From the NCBI GenBank assembly GCA_963848305.1, contig CAWKDC010000001.1:704001-768000 (forward strand): DNA of 64,000 nt, given 5' to 3'. The translations under genes were made by a program, and so were the position numbers. Source of the stretch: an uncultured Gammaproteobacteria bacterium. Lineage in GTDB: Bacteria; Pseudomonadota; Gammaproteobacteria; JABCZS01. Shown here in pieces: positions 33,454-42,732 of this stretch. The stretch's first letter is position 1. Every line of letters starts with the position of its first letter. The notes under the pieces are model-generated. The model made no database searches. It saw nothing but the letters and a program-made list of their open reading frames with translations, and had not been told where the DNA came from.

Positions 33454-33848
33454 GGGGGCGACCTGGTTTCGACGTGGGTTGCAAACCCCAAGGGGCATGT
33501 CGAGCATTGTGGCTTAACTCGTAAATCTAGCTGCAAAAGTCTAAGTGCAAACTATGACAACCATGCTGATGAGATCGCTGTAGCCGCCTAATCGCTGCTA
33601 CGCTCTCGCCGCTTAATAACCGGCAGGCACCGTTACCTCTCTGTGTCAGTCCTGGGAGAATAACGGTCACACTAGACTGAACCGCGGCAAAGACCCCACC
33701 TGAGGTCAATGTCGCTAAAACGATCAGGCTCGCAGTGGGTTCTATCTTTGCACATCAGATGGCCCATTGCTAAAACCGAGTATGTGATAAACATGTAGAA
33801 CCGAGGGCAGAGTGCTTGCGGACGCGGGTTCAATTCCCGCCGCCTCCA
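33454..33848 (+). ncRNA. ssrA: tmRNA; tag ORF 33547..33591 encodes ANYDNHADEIAVAA
   Basis: 5' GGGGGCGACCTGGTTTCGAC; 3' GCGGGTTCAATTCCCGCCGCCTCCA; acceptor stem with G.U pair; tag ends in AA-stop. Confidence 0.96.
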
Positions 33849-33901
33849 GGTTTTGAAATAAGAAAGGCCAGCTTTGCTGGCCTTTCTTATTTCAAAACCT
33901 G
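33847..33901. terminator. Perfect 26-bp inverted repeat directly after tmRNA
   Basis: CAGGTTTTGAAATAAGAAAGGCCAGC-TTT-GCTGGCCTTTCTTATTTCAAAACCTG. Confidence 0.8.
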
Positions 33902-34306
33902 AAAGCGAGGGTGGAAATGAGCACGCGTAGCGGGTTCATTATAATAAGTCCTCACCGACCCTGTCACCCCGGAAAACGCAAAGCGTTTATCCGGTGCCGC
34001 CTCTATGAATTCAAACAAATGAAAGCATAATAATCATATTGTCAACAGAACACCCCCGCATTTCTCAGCCTCGTAGAGGCGTGAGACGCAGAGCCCCCCA
34101 TGCAGCCGCCGCAGGCGGCGGTATGGGGGGTATATAGTATGATTTTGTCTTAAGCCCTGAAAGGGCGTCACTTCATGTTGATGATGGACATCAAATGGCG
34201 TCCAACAAATATTGTGATGGTTTGTATAGCTACAATTCTTCCCCCTGATCATCATCTTAAAACGGTTACAAATTGTAGTCATCTGATTGATATTTATAAC
34301 TAGTTT

Positions 34307-35605
34307 TCAAGATCTTTCAATAAGCTGCAGATGACAATTTTGATTACTTCCATGACTTTTGATTCCTTTTTGATTATTTAACTCCATTTGATTCAAAAAC
34401 CTAATTAACGATCGCCCTACTGCAAATGACAAATTCACTGGAACAGCGTTGCCGATTTGTTTGTACTGTGAGCTCAGTGAGCCAGTAAATTCCCATTCAT
34501 CAGGGAAGGTTTGGATCCTCGCATACTCTCTAACTGTTAAGGGTCGCGTTTCTTCAGGATGGCATCTTTCTGTCTGTTTCTGCGCAGGCGCGCAGGTCAA
34601 TGTCAGACTTGGCTCATCCCAGCTCAATCTTCTTGCCATGCCAGTCTTGCCACCCCCAAGATAGTAACTGCCTTGCATATATTCTTTTTGAATTTTTTCC
34701 GGTAAATCTCGCCAATATCCACCAGGAGGAACCTTTTTTAAAATTTCTGCCTTTCTCTTGGGATATTTCTGTCCCTCTGATAGGGGCACATCCGTGTCAT
34801 AAAGCTCACCTTTTTTTAATGCATCTCGCATTGTCAAGATACGGTGATAAGGTGAAGGCCAGTCAAAATCTGTCGTACTACATAAATCTTTTCGCACAGC
34901 GACTAGCAATAAACGTTCGCGTTTTTGGGGCACCTTATAGAAAACAGCCTTTAATACTCTTGACCCAATGAGGTGATAGCCCAGTTCATCAATGATCCCC
35001 TTGATTGTTTCCAGCGTTTTACCATTGTCATGCTGAAGCAAGCCGCGTACATTTTCAGCAAGAATCATTTTCGGACGCGTTTCTTTAATGGCTCTTGCAA
35101 ACTCAAAAAATAAAGTGCCACGTGTGTCTTCAAAGCCAAGTTGATTTCCTGCGTAGGAAAATGCTTGGCAGGGAAATCCCCCTGACAATAAATCTACCTC
35201 CCCACGATAGCGCGAAAAATTAATTTGAGAAATATCACCCTCAACAACATTCCAGCTGGGTTTATTTTTTCTTAATGTATTGCATGCATGTCTATCAATT
35301 TCATTTAATAAAATAGACCTAAAACCCGCTTTTTCAATTCCCAAAGCAAGACCGCCCGCCCCCGCAAAAAGTTCAATCGATGTAAACTCTCTCACAGGCT
35401 TAATTGCTAATTCCTCTTCCCATTTACTTTGAAATAATTGTTGTGCTTGATCAAAAGATGCTATCTTTTTTTTTGAATAATAATGGCAACCATCTTTTTC
35501 TATGTCAGGGGTCAATTTCCCTGACGCTTTCCATACTCTTAGTACTTCTTTTGTAACACCCAAAATATCAGCAAGTTGTGCTATTGTAAAAATTTCCTTT
35601 GACAT
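34307..35605 (-). CDS. C5-cytosine DNA methyltransferase with N-terminal MerR-like HTH (M.Eco47II/M.Sau96I-like, predicted GGNCC)
   Basis: ELFAGAGG, GGFPCQAFS, ENV, QKRER, target-recognition segment TLTCAPAQKQTERCHP, QIGNAVP; N-terminal TIAQLADILGVTKEVLRVW. Confidence 0.93.
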   Translation of the reverse strand: MSKEIFTIAQLADILGVTKEVLRVWKASGKLTPDIEKDGCHYYSKKKIASFDQAQQLFQSKWEEELAIKPVREFTSIELFAGAGGLALGIEKAGFRSILLNEIDRHACNTLRKNKPSWNVVEGDISQINFSRYRGEVDLLSGGFPCQAFSYAGNQLGFEDTRGTLFFEFARAIKETRPKMILAENVRGLLQHDNGKTLETIKGIIDELGYHLIGSRVLKAVFYKVPQKRERLLLVAVRKDLCSTTDFDWPSPYHRILTMRDALKKGELYDTDVPLSEGQKYPKRKAEILKKVPPGGYWRDLPEKIQKEYMQGSYYLGGGKTGMARRLSWDEPSLTLTCAPAQKQTERCHPEETRPLTVREYARIQTFPDEWEFTGSLSSQYKQIGNAVPVNLSFAVGRSLIRFLNQMELNNQKGIKSHGSNQNCHLQLIERS

Positions 35606-35675
35606 TATTAATACCTTCCTTTGTTAATAATTATTTAATATAGTTATTAGTTAATAAAATCTTACTTGTGATATT

Positions 35676-36401
35676 TTATTCCCCAAATGCCAAGTTAAAA
35701 TATTGAGCAAATTTCTCCTTATCACGAATTTCAAACCCTTCTTGCATACATTTCTCGCGCATCAGTTTCTCTATAATTGTGGGTAAAACACAATATAACT
35801 CTCTCAAAGCATTTTCCCTTCCTGTCACTAAATGGTAAAAACTTGCTCCATCAATTTTTCTAACCTGCACATTTTTAGCTACAGGGCTACCTGTGCTTCT
35901 ATCTGATGGTTGAAATGGCACATTAAAGCGCTTTGAAGTCTTTGGAATGATGTTAACAAAATATGCCGTATATTCAAACCAACTACTAGCCTTTTTTGAT
36001 ACTTTATCAGATAACGAATTATATTGATCTATTAATGATCCTCCTGTTACCGTATTATACTTATTCTTGACCTCTGCAATGATTCTACGAGAATCATTCT
36101 TTAAGTCAACTTCATCCCCAACACCAAGGTCTACCCATCCGTCAACTTTACCAAGAATTTTCTGATGTAACGTCCCAAGCCGAGTTGTAAGGGTTTTCTG
36201 ACATTGCCGCACTATCTCAGATTTTTTCCATTCATCATGATTAATATTAGAGATTGCTGCATCAAAAATAGTTGCAAATGGGTCAATCACGTTTTTTGTG
36301 AAATTCTTTTCTGCAGATCTTTTTGATTTTAATCCATTCTTCAATAAATCAACAACAAAATTTTCAAGATCTACATCATTAATATAAGTCAAATATGGCA
36401 T
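35676..36401 (-). CDS. Eco47II-family type II restriction endonuclease
   Basis: NVIDPF, EIVRQCQKTL, GTLHQKILG, DL...AEVKNKYNT, IDGASFYHLVTG; co-oriented with the MTase. Confidence 0.85.
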   Translation of the reverse strand: MPYLTYINDVDLENFVVDLLKNGLKSKRSAEKNFTKNVIDPFATIFDAAISNINHDEWKKSEIVRQCQKTLTTRLGTLHQKILGKVDGWVDLGVGDEVDLKNDSRRIIAEVKNKYNTVTGGSLIDQYNSLSDKVSKKASSWFEYTAYFVNIIPKTSKRFNVPFQPSDRSTGSPVAKNVQVRKIDGASFYHLVTGRENALRELYCVLPTIIEKLMREKCMQEGFEIRDKEKFAQYFNLAFGE

Positions 36402-36838
36402 CAAGGGTGAGCTCCGCGCAGACAAATAACATTTTACATGAGAATTTCGACTGATCAAGGTTTGATACTAGCACAACTTCACTCCTACTTCTAGCCAAAG
36501 AATTATCTAAAACTGATCAAAATTTATTAATTCATTATTATATTAAACAATTCAAAGAATATCATATAAAGCATAGCGGTTTACTAATTCGGAAATCAGA
36601 TGATTTCATCCTTCGAACTCTATGCAAACACGTCTCTACGAGAGCAAAGATTAAAAGGTTTCTAACTTAGAAATCATACTACTAGCCCTATTTGATAACC
36701 CACACATACCAAGGGATTAAAGCCATTATGATTTTATGAATAATTTATGTTTATCAAGAGAAGAATAATGATACAATCATGGGCTAGTTAGCTCAAGTAA
36801 GCAAGCATTTTGTAAAAAAATAAATAAAGGAAGACATT

Positions 36839-37066
36839 ATGAAGCCACGTATAGAGAATGATAAGCAAGTTATTGAAGAAATCGAGATCAGGAGGCTTAG
36901 AATGAAAGAACTGGAACAGTGTGGAGATGCATCTGTAAACTCTGTGACGAACATATTTTATCACAGCTTTTTCACTCACGGATGGGATGAAAATGTTCAA
37001 ATCAGATATATTAATGACGGGAGAAATGTGAATATTGAACGTATTGAGGACGAATTATATGGTTAA
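36839..37066 (+). CDS. Small hypothetical protein
   Basis: ATG after AAGGAAG; the stop overlaps the next start. Confidence 0.5.
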   Translation: MKPRIENDKQVIEEIEIRRLRMKELEQCGDASVNSVTNIFYHSFFTHGWDENVQIRYINDGRNVNIERIEDELYG

Positions 37067-38144
37067 AAAATCAACCCAATGCAACAACGGATGCGACTCT
37101 CATTATGAGACTCATATCAAACATGAAGGATTCAATATCGCCAACAGCTATATTTGCAAATCATGCAATCAAAAAGTTGTATGCAAACAAACAAAAATCG
37201 ATAAGCTGACACGAGAAATTGATAGATATCATGCGCTAGCATGTGAACAATGGCAAGATGTATCCAACAAAACGGATGCTTTTGTTGTGCCGCCCGAAAA
37301 CATTGAAATCTTTTCACAAGCAGCACTTATGAAACTAATGCCAAATCAAACCATTATCTTAAATGATACTGGCACACGTGACTCCATGTTTGACATACTA
37401 GTAATAAATGAAACCGATGGGCATCGGATTGCAATTGAAATAACACAGGCAACCAATAAAACCAGGATCGAAAACATCCGAACATTCTCTAACAAAGTCA
37501 TCGAATTTCCAGCCTCAAATCGGAGATGGGAGCTATTGGTAAATAGTACAGTAAAGTTTAAGATTATAAATCTAAAAGCGTGTTTGTTGAAAGTTGAGCA
37601 GAATTTCACTAAAAATGATCTAATCAACTTAAATCTTTATCAATCTAATTCACTGACAGACTATCCAGATCTGCTACAAATGGGTATCGAATCAGTATAT
37701 GCCACCTTATCAGAGCATAAAACTAATGGAGAAATTACTATCACATTACTTAGCTCCACTCAAATTAATGCAGATCCAGTTCTGAACCTTCGACGTTTGC
37801 TTAGTCAACTTTTTACCACTGTAAAAGCTATTGACAATTTAAATAAGTTGAAAAAATCTTGCACAAGTGAAAGGCATGTATTCGTACCCATTACACATAT
37901 GCCACGCGAAGGATATGATTTCTCTAGAATCAAAAGCGGAACATACACTGTCGTCGACATTAATGCGCGTGAATGGCCTGAGGAAATTGACGCAATCTGG
38001 GCAGCTGATTTGTCAAGGTTCATTAAAAATGGCAATCGTGCATTTCATGCAATCAAAATTGAAAAAATAAAACACGGTGATAATATTTTAACAGTACGGG
38101 TAAACGAATACCCACTCCAACCATATGTAGTAGTTCCAACTTGA
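37059..38144 (+). CDS. Hypothetical protein with possible PD-(D/E)xK-like motif
   Basis: Long ORF with N-terminal CxxxC/CxxC and FDILV...IAIEITQA. Confidence 0.65.
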   Translation: MVKKSTQCNNGCDSHYETHIKHEGFNIANSYICKSCNQKVVCKQTKIDKLTREIDRYHALACEQWQDVSNKTDAFVVPPENIEIFSQAALMKLMPNQTIILNDTGTRDSMFDILVINETDGHRIAIEITQATNKTRIENIRTFSNKVIEFPASNRRWELLVNSTVKFKIINLKACLLKVEQNFTKNDLINLNLYQSNSLTDYPDLLQMGIESVYATLSEHKTNGEITITLLSSTQINADPVLNLRRLLSQLFTTVKAIDNLNKLKKSCTSERHVFVPITHMPREGYDFSRIKSGTYTVVDINAREWPEEIDAIWAADLSRFIKNGNRAFHAIKIEKIKHGDNILTVRVNEYPLQPYVVVPT

Positions 38145-38277
38145 TGTGACACAGGGTCTTGAAAAAGATACGGTTACCCGTTTTAATGCATGTGCAGGCA
38201 AACATTGAAACTTGGGTGTAACCGTATATGTTGAATACTACATAAAAGATACCTGATAATCATAATAATTCTGGTTA

Positions 38278-39696
38278 TTAATTTTCTTTCAACCAGTCAT
38301 GCAAAAACTCCGTCGCCCTCACGTCATCCTCGTTATAATTGATAATATCTTGCAACACAGCCCGATCACCTGTTTCCAACCATTGTTCATACCAGAAAAT
38401 ACTTTGCGCACCACCTGCCTTGGCATGTTGCCATTTGAAATTTAGATGTTTTGCAATATCTTTGATGGAATAAAAATAAATGGGAAAAATGAACGATTGG
38501 GTGACAATGGTTGACAGATCAACTAGGTTCTCAATAAAACAACTCAGTTGTTCGGAACCGCCATATTTCTCAGATAATTTTCCCAGGTATGTTTTTTCAT
38601 AACTAGCATAATGGTACACTTTGAAATCACTAAAATTCTCCTTCTTGAGCCAATACAAAAAGTCATTCCACATATTACCTTCATCGCTCGGATTTTCTGC
38701 CAGAAAATAGGTGAAAATGGGTTTATCATTCCCCTTTACGATCAGAAATCCAAAAAGATATTGCACGCCCAAAAATGGATCCCCCTCGATATCGAAATAT
38801 ATTTTGATGTGCGCATCAGGAAGAATAGGATCAGACACTTGAATGATTTTCCCACTGATCAGTGCGGATGCTTGCATTTGCGCGCGCTTTAACGTAGCTG
38901 TGCTTGCGCCTTTTATTTTTGGCAATCCATCAAGGTCACATAACGCCATATCGCTGATTGTTCTGACCCCTGCTTTTCTTAACTCTTCCAATGAATCTAC
39001 CCGAACATTGTATATCAATGCAATATCAGATTTCGCTTTTGCTTCTTTTAATAATAAATCAAACCAGGGCGTTTCCTTGCATACTGAAGAGATTTTCAGT
39101 GGAGGTTCTGTTCCTCTGAGGATTTTTAAAATATCATCGATCACCTCTTGCGTTGATTTCTGAATCTTTTCTGTTAGCTCGCAGGATTTTTCAGCTTTAA
39201 ATTTGTTGATAAATCCACCAAAAGCAGGAAAGTGACCTTGTATTTTATTTAAAATAATCGCATACAGCATCAATTGTTTTTTGTATTCCGGCTTATCACA
39301 TTTCGTAGAGTTTTTGATTTCAATTGGCATGTAATAATAGTCGCCAAAAATAGATGAACCTTTACATTTTTTAAGAAGGTCAGGCCTGCCTTTGAACCTA
39401 ACATCACCAGCAACATAGGAAATGGCACCCTGATATATCAGCTCTTCACCGGATCGCATGTATTCAAGTGTTTGCCTTTCGGCCTCTTCCTCAGATAGGG
39501 TTTTATCAATTGATATCTTGTTTAACCCTTTGACATACTCCTCCTCATGTAAGACCCCGCCCTCAATAAGTCTCTTGGTTAATTCAGGCAGCTCGGCCTT
39601 CAGGCTCATATCACCATGGATGTCGTACCAAATCCAGTGTGGTGATTTTGCGTATTGGAAGAATAGCGATGGGCTGACTTCAAATAGCTGATTCAT
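38278..39696 (-). CDS. TM0106-family RecB-like nuclease with C-terminal RNase H-like domain
   Basis: GRPDLL, PIEIK, QLMLYA, YFDIEGDP, YHYASYE, YSIKDIA, YNEDDVRAT. Confidence 0.9.
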   Translation of the reverse strand: MNQLFEVSPSLFFQYAKSPHWIWYDIHGDMSLKAELPELTKRLIEGGVLHEEEYVKGLNKISIDKTLSEEEAERQTLEYMRSGEELIYQGAISYVAGDVRFKGRPDLLKKCKGSSIFGDYYYMPIEIKNSTKCDKPEYKKQLMLYAIILNKIQGHFPAFGGFINKFKAEKSCELTEKIQKSTQEVIDDILKILRGTEPPLKISSVCKETPWFDLLLKEAKAKSDIALIYNVRVDSLEELRKAGVRTISDMALCDLDGLPKIKGASTATLKRAQMQASALISGKIIQVSDPILPDAHIKIYFDIEGDPFLGVQYLFGFLIVKGNDKPIFTYFLAENPSDEGNMWNDFLYWLKKENFSDFKVYHYASYEKTYLGKLSEKYGGSEQLSCFIENLVDLSTIVTQSFIFPIYFYSIKDIAKHLNFKWQHAKAGGAQSIFWYEQWLETGDRAVLQDIINYNEDDVRATEFLHDWLKEN

Positions 39697-39756
39697 ATCT
39701 GCCCTCCTAGTTCATTTTATCAATTTGCGTAGCAGTGCAAGTATGCAACTGCAAAA

Positions 39757-40897
39757 TCAAATTAAACTCATTTCAAAAATATCAAGATATTTTCTGTAAA
39801 CATATATACGCCCGTATTTAACATGTTGATCCCTTAATTCCAGTATCCCTATCTCAATAAGGCGTTCAATTAATTTCTGAGCTCCACGTCGAGTGGTAAA
39901 TCCTGCCCACTCTTGTATGTTCCTCACTGAAACAATAGGTCGAGCGTATAATTTAGGCAATATCTTCATGGCGCTTTGTGAGGATGTTTTATTCATTCCG
40001 CTTATTTTTGCGATGTCTTGTTCCCGTAACAAAGTAATCTCACGAACAGTTTCAATTGACGCCTCTGCCGTTTCAATCACACCATCAAGAAAAAACTCAA
40101 TCCATTTTTCTACTTTTTCTGAACGATAATCAGTCAACCGCTGATAATAGACGTGTTTGTATTTCTTAAAGTAAGAAGATAAGTACAGCACGGGCTTTTC
40201 CAATAATTTTTCTTGGTATAAATAGAAGACTATGAGCATGCGTCCTGTACGTCCATTCCCATCTAAAAAGGGATGAATGGTTTCAAATTGGGCATGAATA
40301 ATGGCCGCTTTCAGCAAGGGAGGCATCGTATCTGTTGCATGCAAAAATTTCTCCAAATCGTTTAAAGCGTGTTTCATATCATCTACAGGCGGCGGAACAA
40401 ATTCTGCATCCGCAGGCACCTTTTCCGTTAATCCAATTTTGACTTTTACGAAAATGACCAGGATCAGAAAAGTGTGTGCTCCGTGCTTCGTCATCCATTA
40501 GTTTTGCATGTATCTCACGTAAAAATCTTAGTGACAGTGGAAGTGATTCGAGTCTTTTTAATCCATAAGCAAGTGCTTCAATATAATGTTGAATATCACC
40601 CACATCACCTTGAGCGGGAGCACCTGCTTTAGCCTCTGCTTCAAGAGCATCAGCCATCGTCGCCTTTGTTCCTTCTATCTGGCTAGAGGCTGCGGCATCC
40701 TTCAATTCATACATAAAAAGGAAAAAGTCTACATCTGGCAGTAGCTGCGTGATCCCATCCAACTTACCCATCACCCGCTCAGCCTTAACGACCTTTTGAA
40801 TAATTTCTGGCGAGTGCTCGGAAAGCCCTTTAGCAGGGAAAGGTGCTGGTATAAACGCTTTGAAGCCATTTGGTTGTTGGATATTTTTACCTATCAT
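39757..40897 (-). CDS. Fic-family protein with C-terminal winged helix, frameshift at ~40417
   Basis: SSQIEG inhibitory motif, FRKSQNWI, canonical HPFLDGNGRTGR. Removing one base gives NGKGPADAEFVPPP. Confidence 0.92.
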
Positions 40898-40915
40898 AAA
40901 AGCCCTCTTGAATAT

Positions 40916-41009
40916 TGTATACATTGCCCTATTGAATGTATACAGTTTTAATAAAACCGTATACATTCACTATTCCAATGTATACAGTTTATATAAAACT
41001 GTATACATT
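40916..41009. repeat. Five (T/C)GTATACA boxes at exact 21-bp spacing upstream of fic
   Basis: Boxes start at 40916, 40937, 40958, 40979 and 41000; pairs form palindromes at 40934-40968 and 40977-41009. Confidence 0.85.
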
Positions 41010-41318
41010 TACAAGCTCTATCAAACAGCGTATATTACGTGGACGTGACAGCCTTATAGCTGAGCCCTGGGGGCCTTTTTGGGGGCTTATTTAAAAATCA
41101 CATTAAATATATCATATAAAATCATATAGATACAAGCTCAATGTGATTGACGCCCTACTAGGTATTCGCCATTTACTCACCGCCAGTTATCGATGAGGCA
41201 CTCTTGCATACCGATTCGCGCTGACTAAAACAATAAATCATGCTATCTTATGTCAGTGATCGATAAATAGATGCTTTAGTTCGATATTTGTGAGATGAAT
41301 ACATTACAGGGAGGTAGT

Positions 41319-41990
41319 ATGGCAATAAAAAAATGGATAACCGCAATCATTGGATGTTCTTTGACTCTAGGCGCTATGGCCGATACGACTGAAAAATATC
41401 ACCCATGGTCATTCATTGGTAGCCTCGGTTATACTTGGTACAACGATTTCTATGATGGTGTCCAACTGCTGATCTTTCTGCGCAAGAAGCCATCGGCGAT
41501 GGTCAAACGGCTCTGGGACGATTTGCTATTGCTAGAGATTTAGGGGCTTTAAACACAGTACGATTTGGTATTGAACTTGGGGTTCAAAGCGGCAATACTG
41601 CTCGCCTTGATATTCCTCAATCCACTATTGATGAACTAGGAGGAATCCTTCCCCAAGTCACGATCAAACCGATATTAGACCTTCTTGCTACAGCATCATG
41701 GCAACCAGTAGAAAATATCCCCGTATTTGGCTTAATTAAACCCGGTATTGCTTACCGTCGCTATGCAAGTCAATGATCGTGTTACTTTCAATGATCTTTC
41801 CGAAGTAGCATTTGAACTACAAGCAGGATTGGGCATGCGCATCTCAGACCGTGCAAATTTATCGTTAAATTACCAAGGTATATTCGCGGGTAATACGACC
41901 TATACGATTAACACCACGACATTCACGGGACATATCTCTAATATCCCAATGCAGAATGGATTATTATTAAGTCTTTCGTTTGGTGTTTAA
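41319..41990 (+). CDS. Outer-membrane beta-barrel protein, two frameshifts (~41460, ~41762)
   Basis: GGAGG RBS and signal peptide. A middle frame reads PTADLSAQEAIGDGQTALGRF...GIELGVQSG...GIAYRR and joins MQVNDR...LLLSLSFGV with alternating beta-strand pattern. Confidence 0.75.
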
Positions 41991-42011
41991 AGATTAATGA
42001 CAGGAGGTTTT

Positions 42012-42662
42012 ATGTTTATCAAAAAACTTGGTATTACGTTAGGATGCATTATTTCATGTAGTCTCGTGGCTGCACCTAACCCCGCAAGTCAAGAGTGGGT
42101 GCTGAAGCAACTTGCGACGGTTAATACGACACTTACAGCTGCTGATTGGGCTAACGTTTGTCATGCTGGAAGTTCGCCTGCGAGTAGCGAAGGTTGCTAT
42201 GGAAGCTCGAATACCGCTGCTTTCGCAAAACTGGATAATGGGTTGAGGGGTTTTAGCTCATTGGCAAACTTTAATACCACTTTGGCATCACCTTCATCTA
42301 GTGTATATATCAAGGCGTTTCTGGCAGGTACCAATGTTCCTGCATACACGAATGCTATTGCTGTTTCTGTGACGGGTGTCATGGCAAGATGCACACTTTA
42401 TGTTCAAAAAGGTACCGGCATTAATAGCGATGACGGTTTGAATTCAGCCATATATTCATCAGGTGCGTCTTATCGAACAGGCCCCCAAGCCCCCTATATA
42501 GCTACGATTAACAATCAATCTAGCGTAAATTTTTACTATAATAATAGTCCCAATGCTGGTACTGCAAGCCCTCCTGATCCTATTTATTTGATTTGTGTTG
42601 GTGTTAACTCCACCGATGGCTATACCCCTGTGTCTATCGCAGGAGCAATAACAGCAAACTAA
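42012..42662 (+). CDS. Secreted hypothetical protein (Ser/Thr/Asn-rich)
   Basis: AGGAGG RBS, signal peptide, PNPASQEWV, four Cys in the mature region. Confidence 0.75.
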   Translation: MFIKKLGITLGCIISCSLVAAPNPASQEWVLKQLATVNTTLTAADWANVCHAGSSPASSEGCYGSSNTAAFAKLDNGLRGFSSLANFNTTLASPSSSVYIKAFLAGTNVPAYTNAIAVSVTGVMARCTLYVQKGTGINSDDGLNSAIYSSGASYRTGPQAPYIATINNQSSVNFYYNNSPNAGTASPPDPIYLICVGVNSTDGYTPVSIAGAITAN

Positions 42663-42732
42663 AGTCGCCCTAAGAATAGAGGAGAACATATATTAAACGT
42701 TCGATAAACCATGGCGATTTGTGAGTGCCATG

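Noticed and set aside
38278-39696. Cas4 of a CRISPR system
   Set aside because: It has a RecB-like motif but lacks the Fe-S cysteine set. The RNase H-like C-terminus fits TM0106, and there is no array.
40916-41009. CRISPR array or LexA boxes
   Set aside because: The 21-bp period is too short for repeat-spacer units and no cas genes are present. Only one imperfect CTGT-N8-ACAA occurs.
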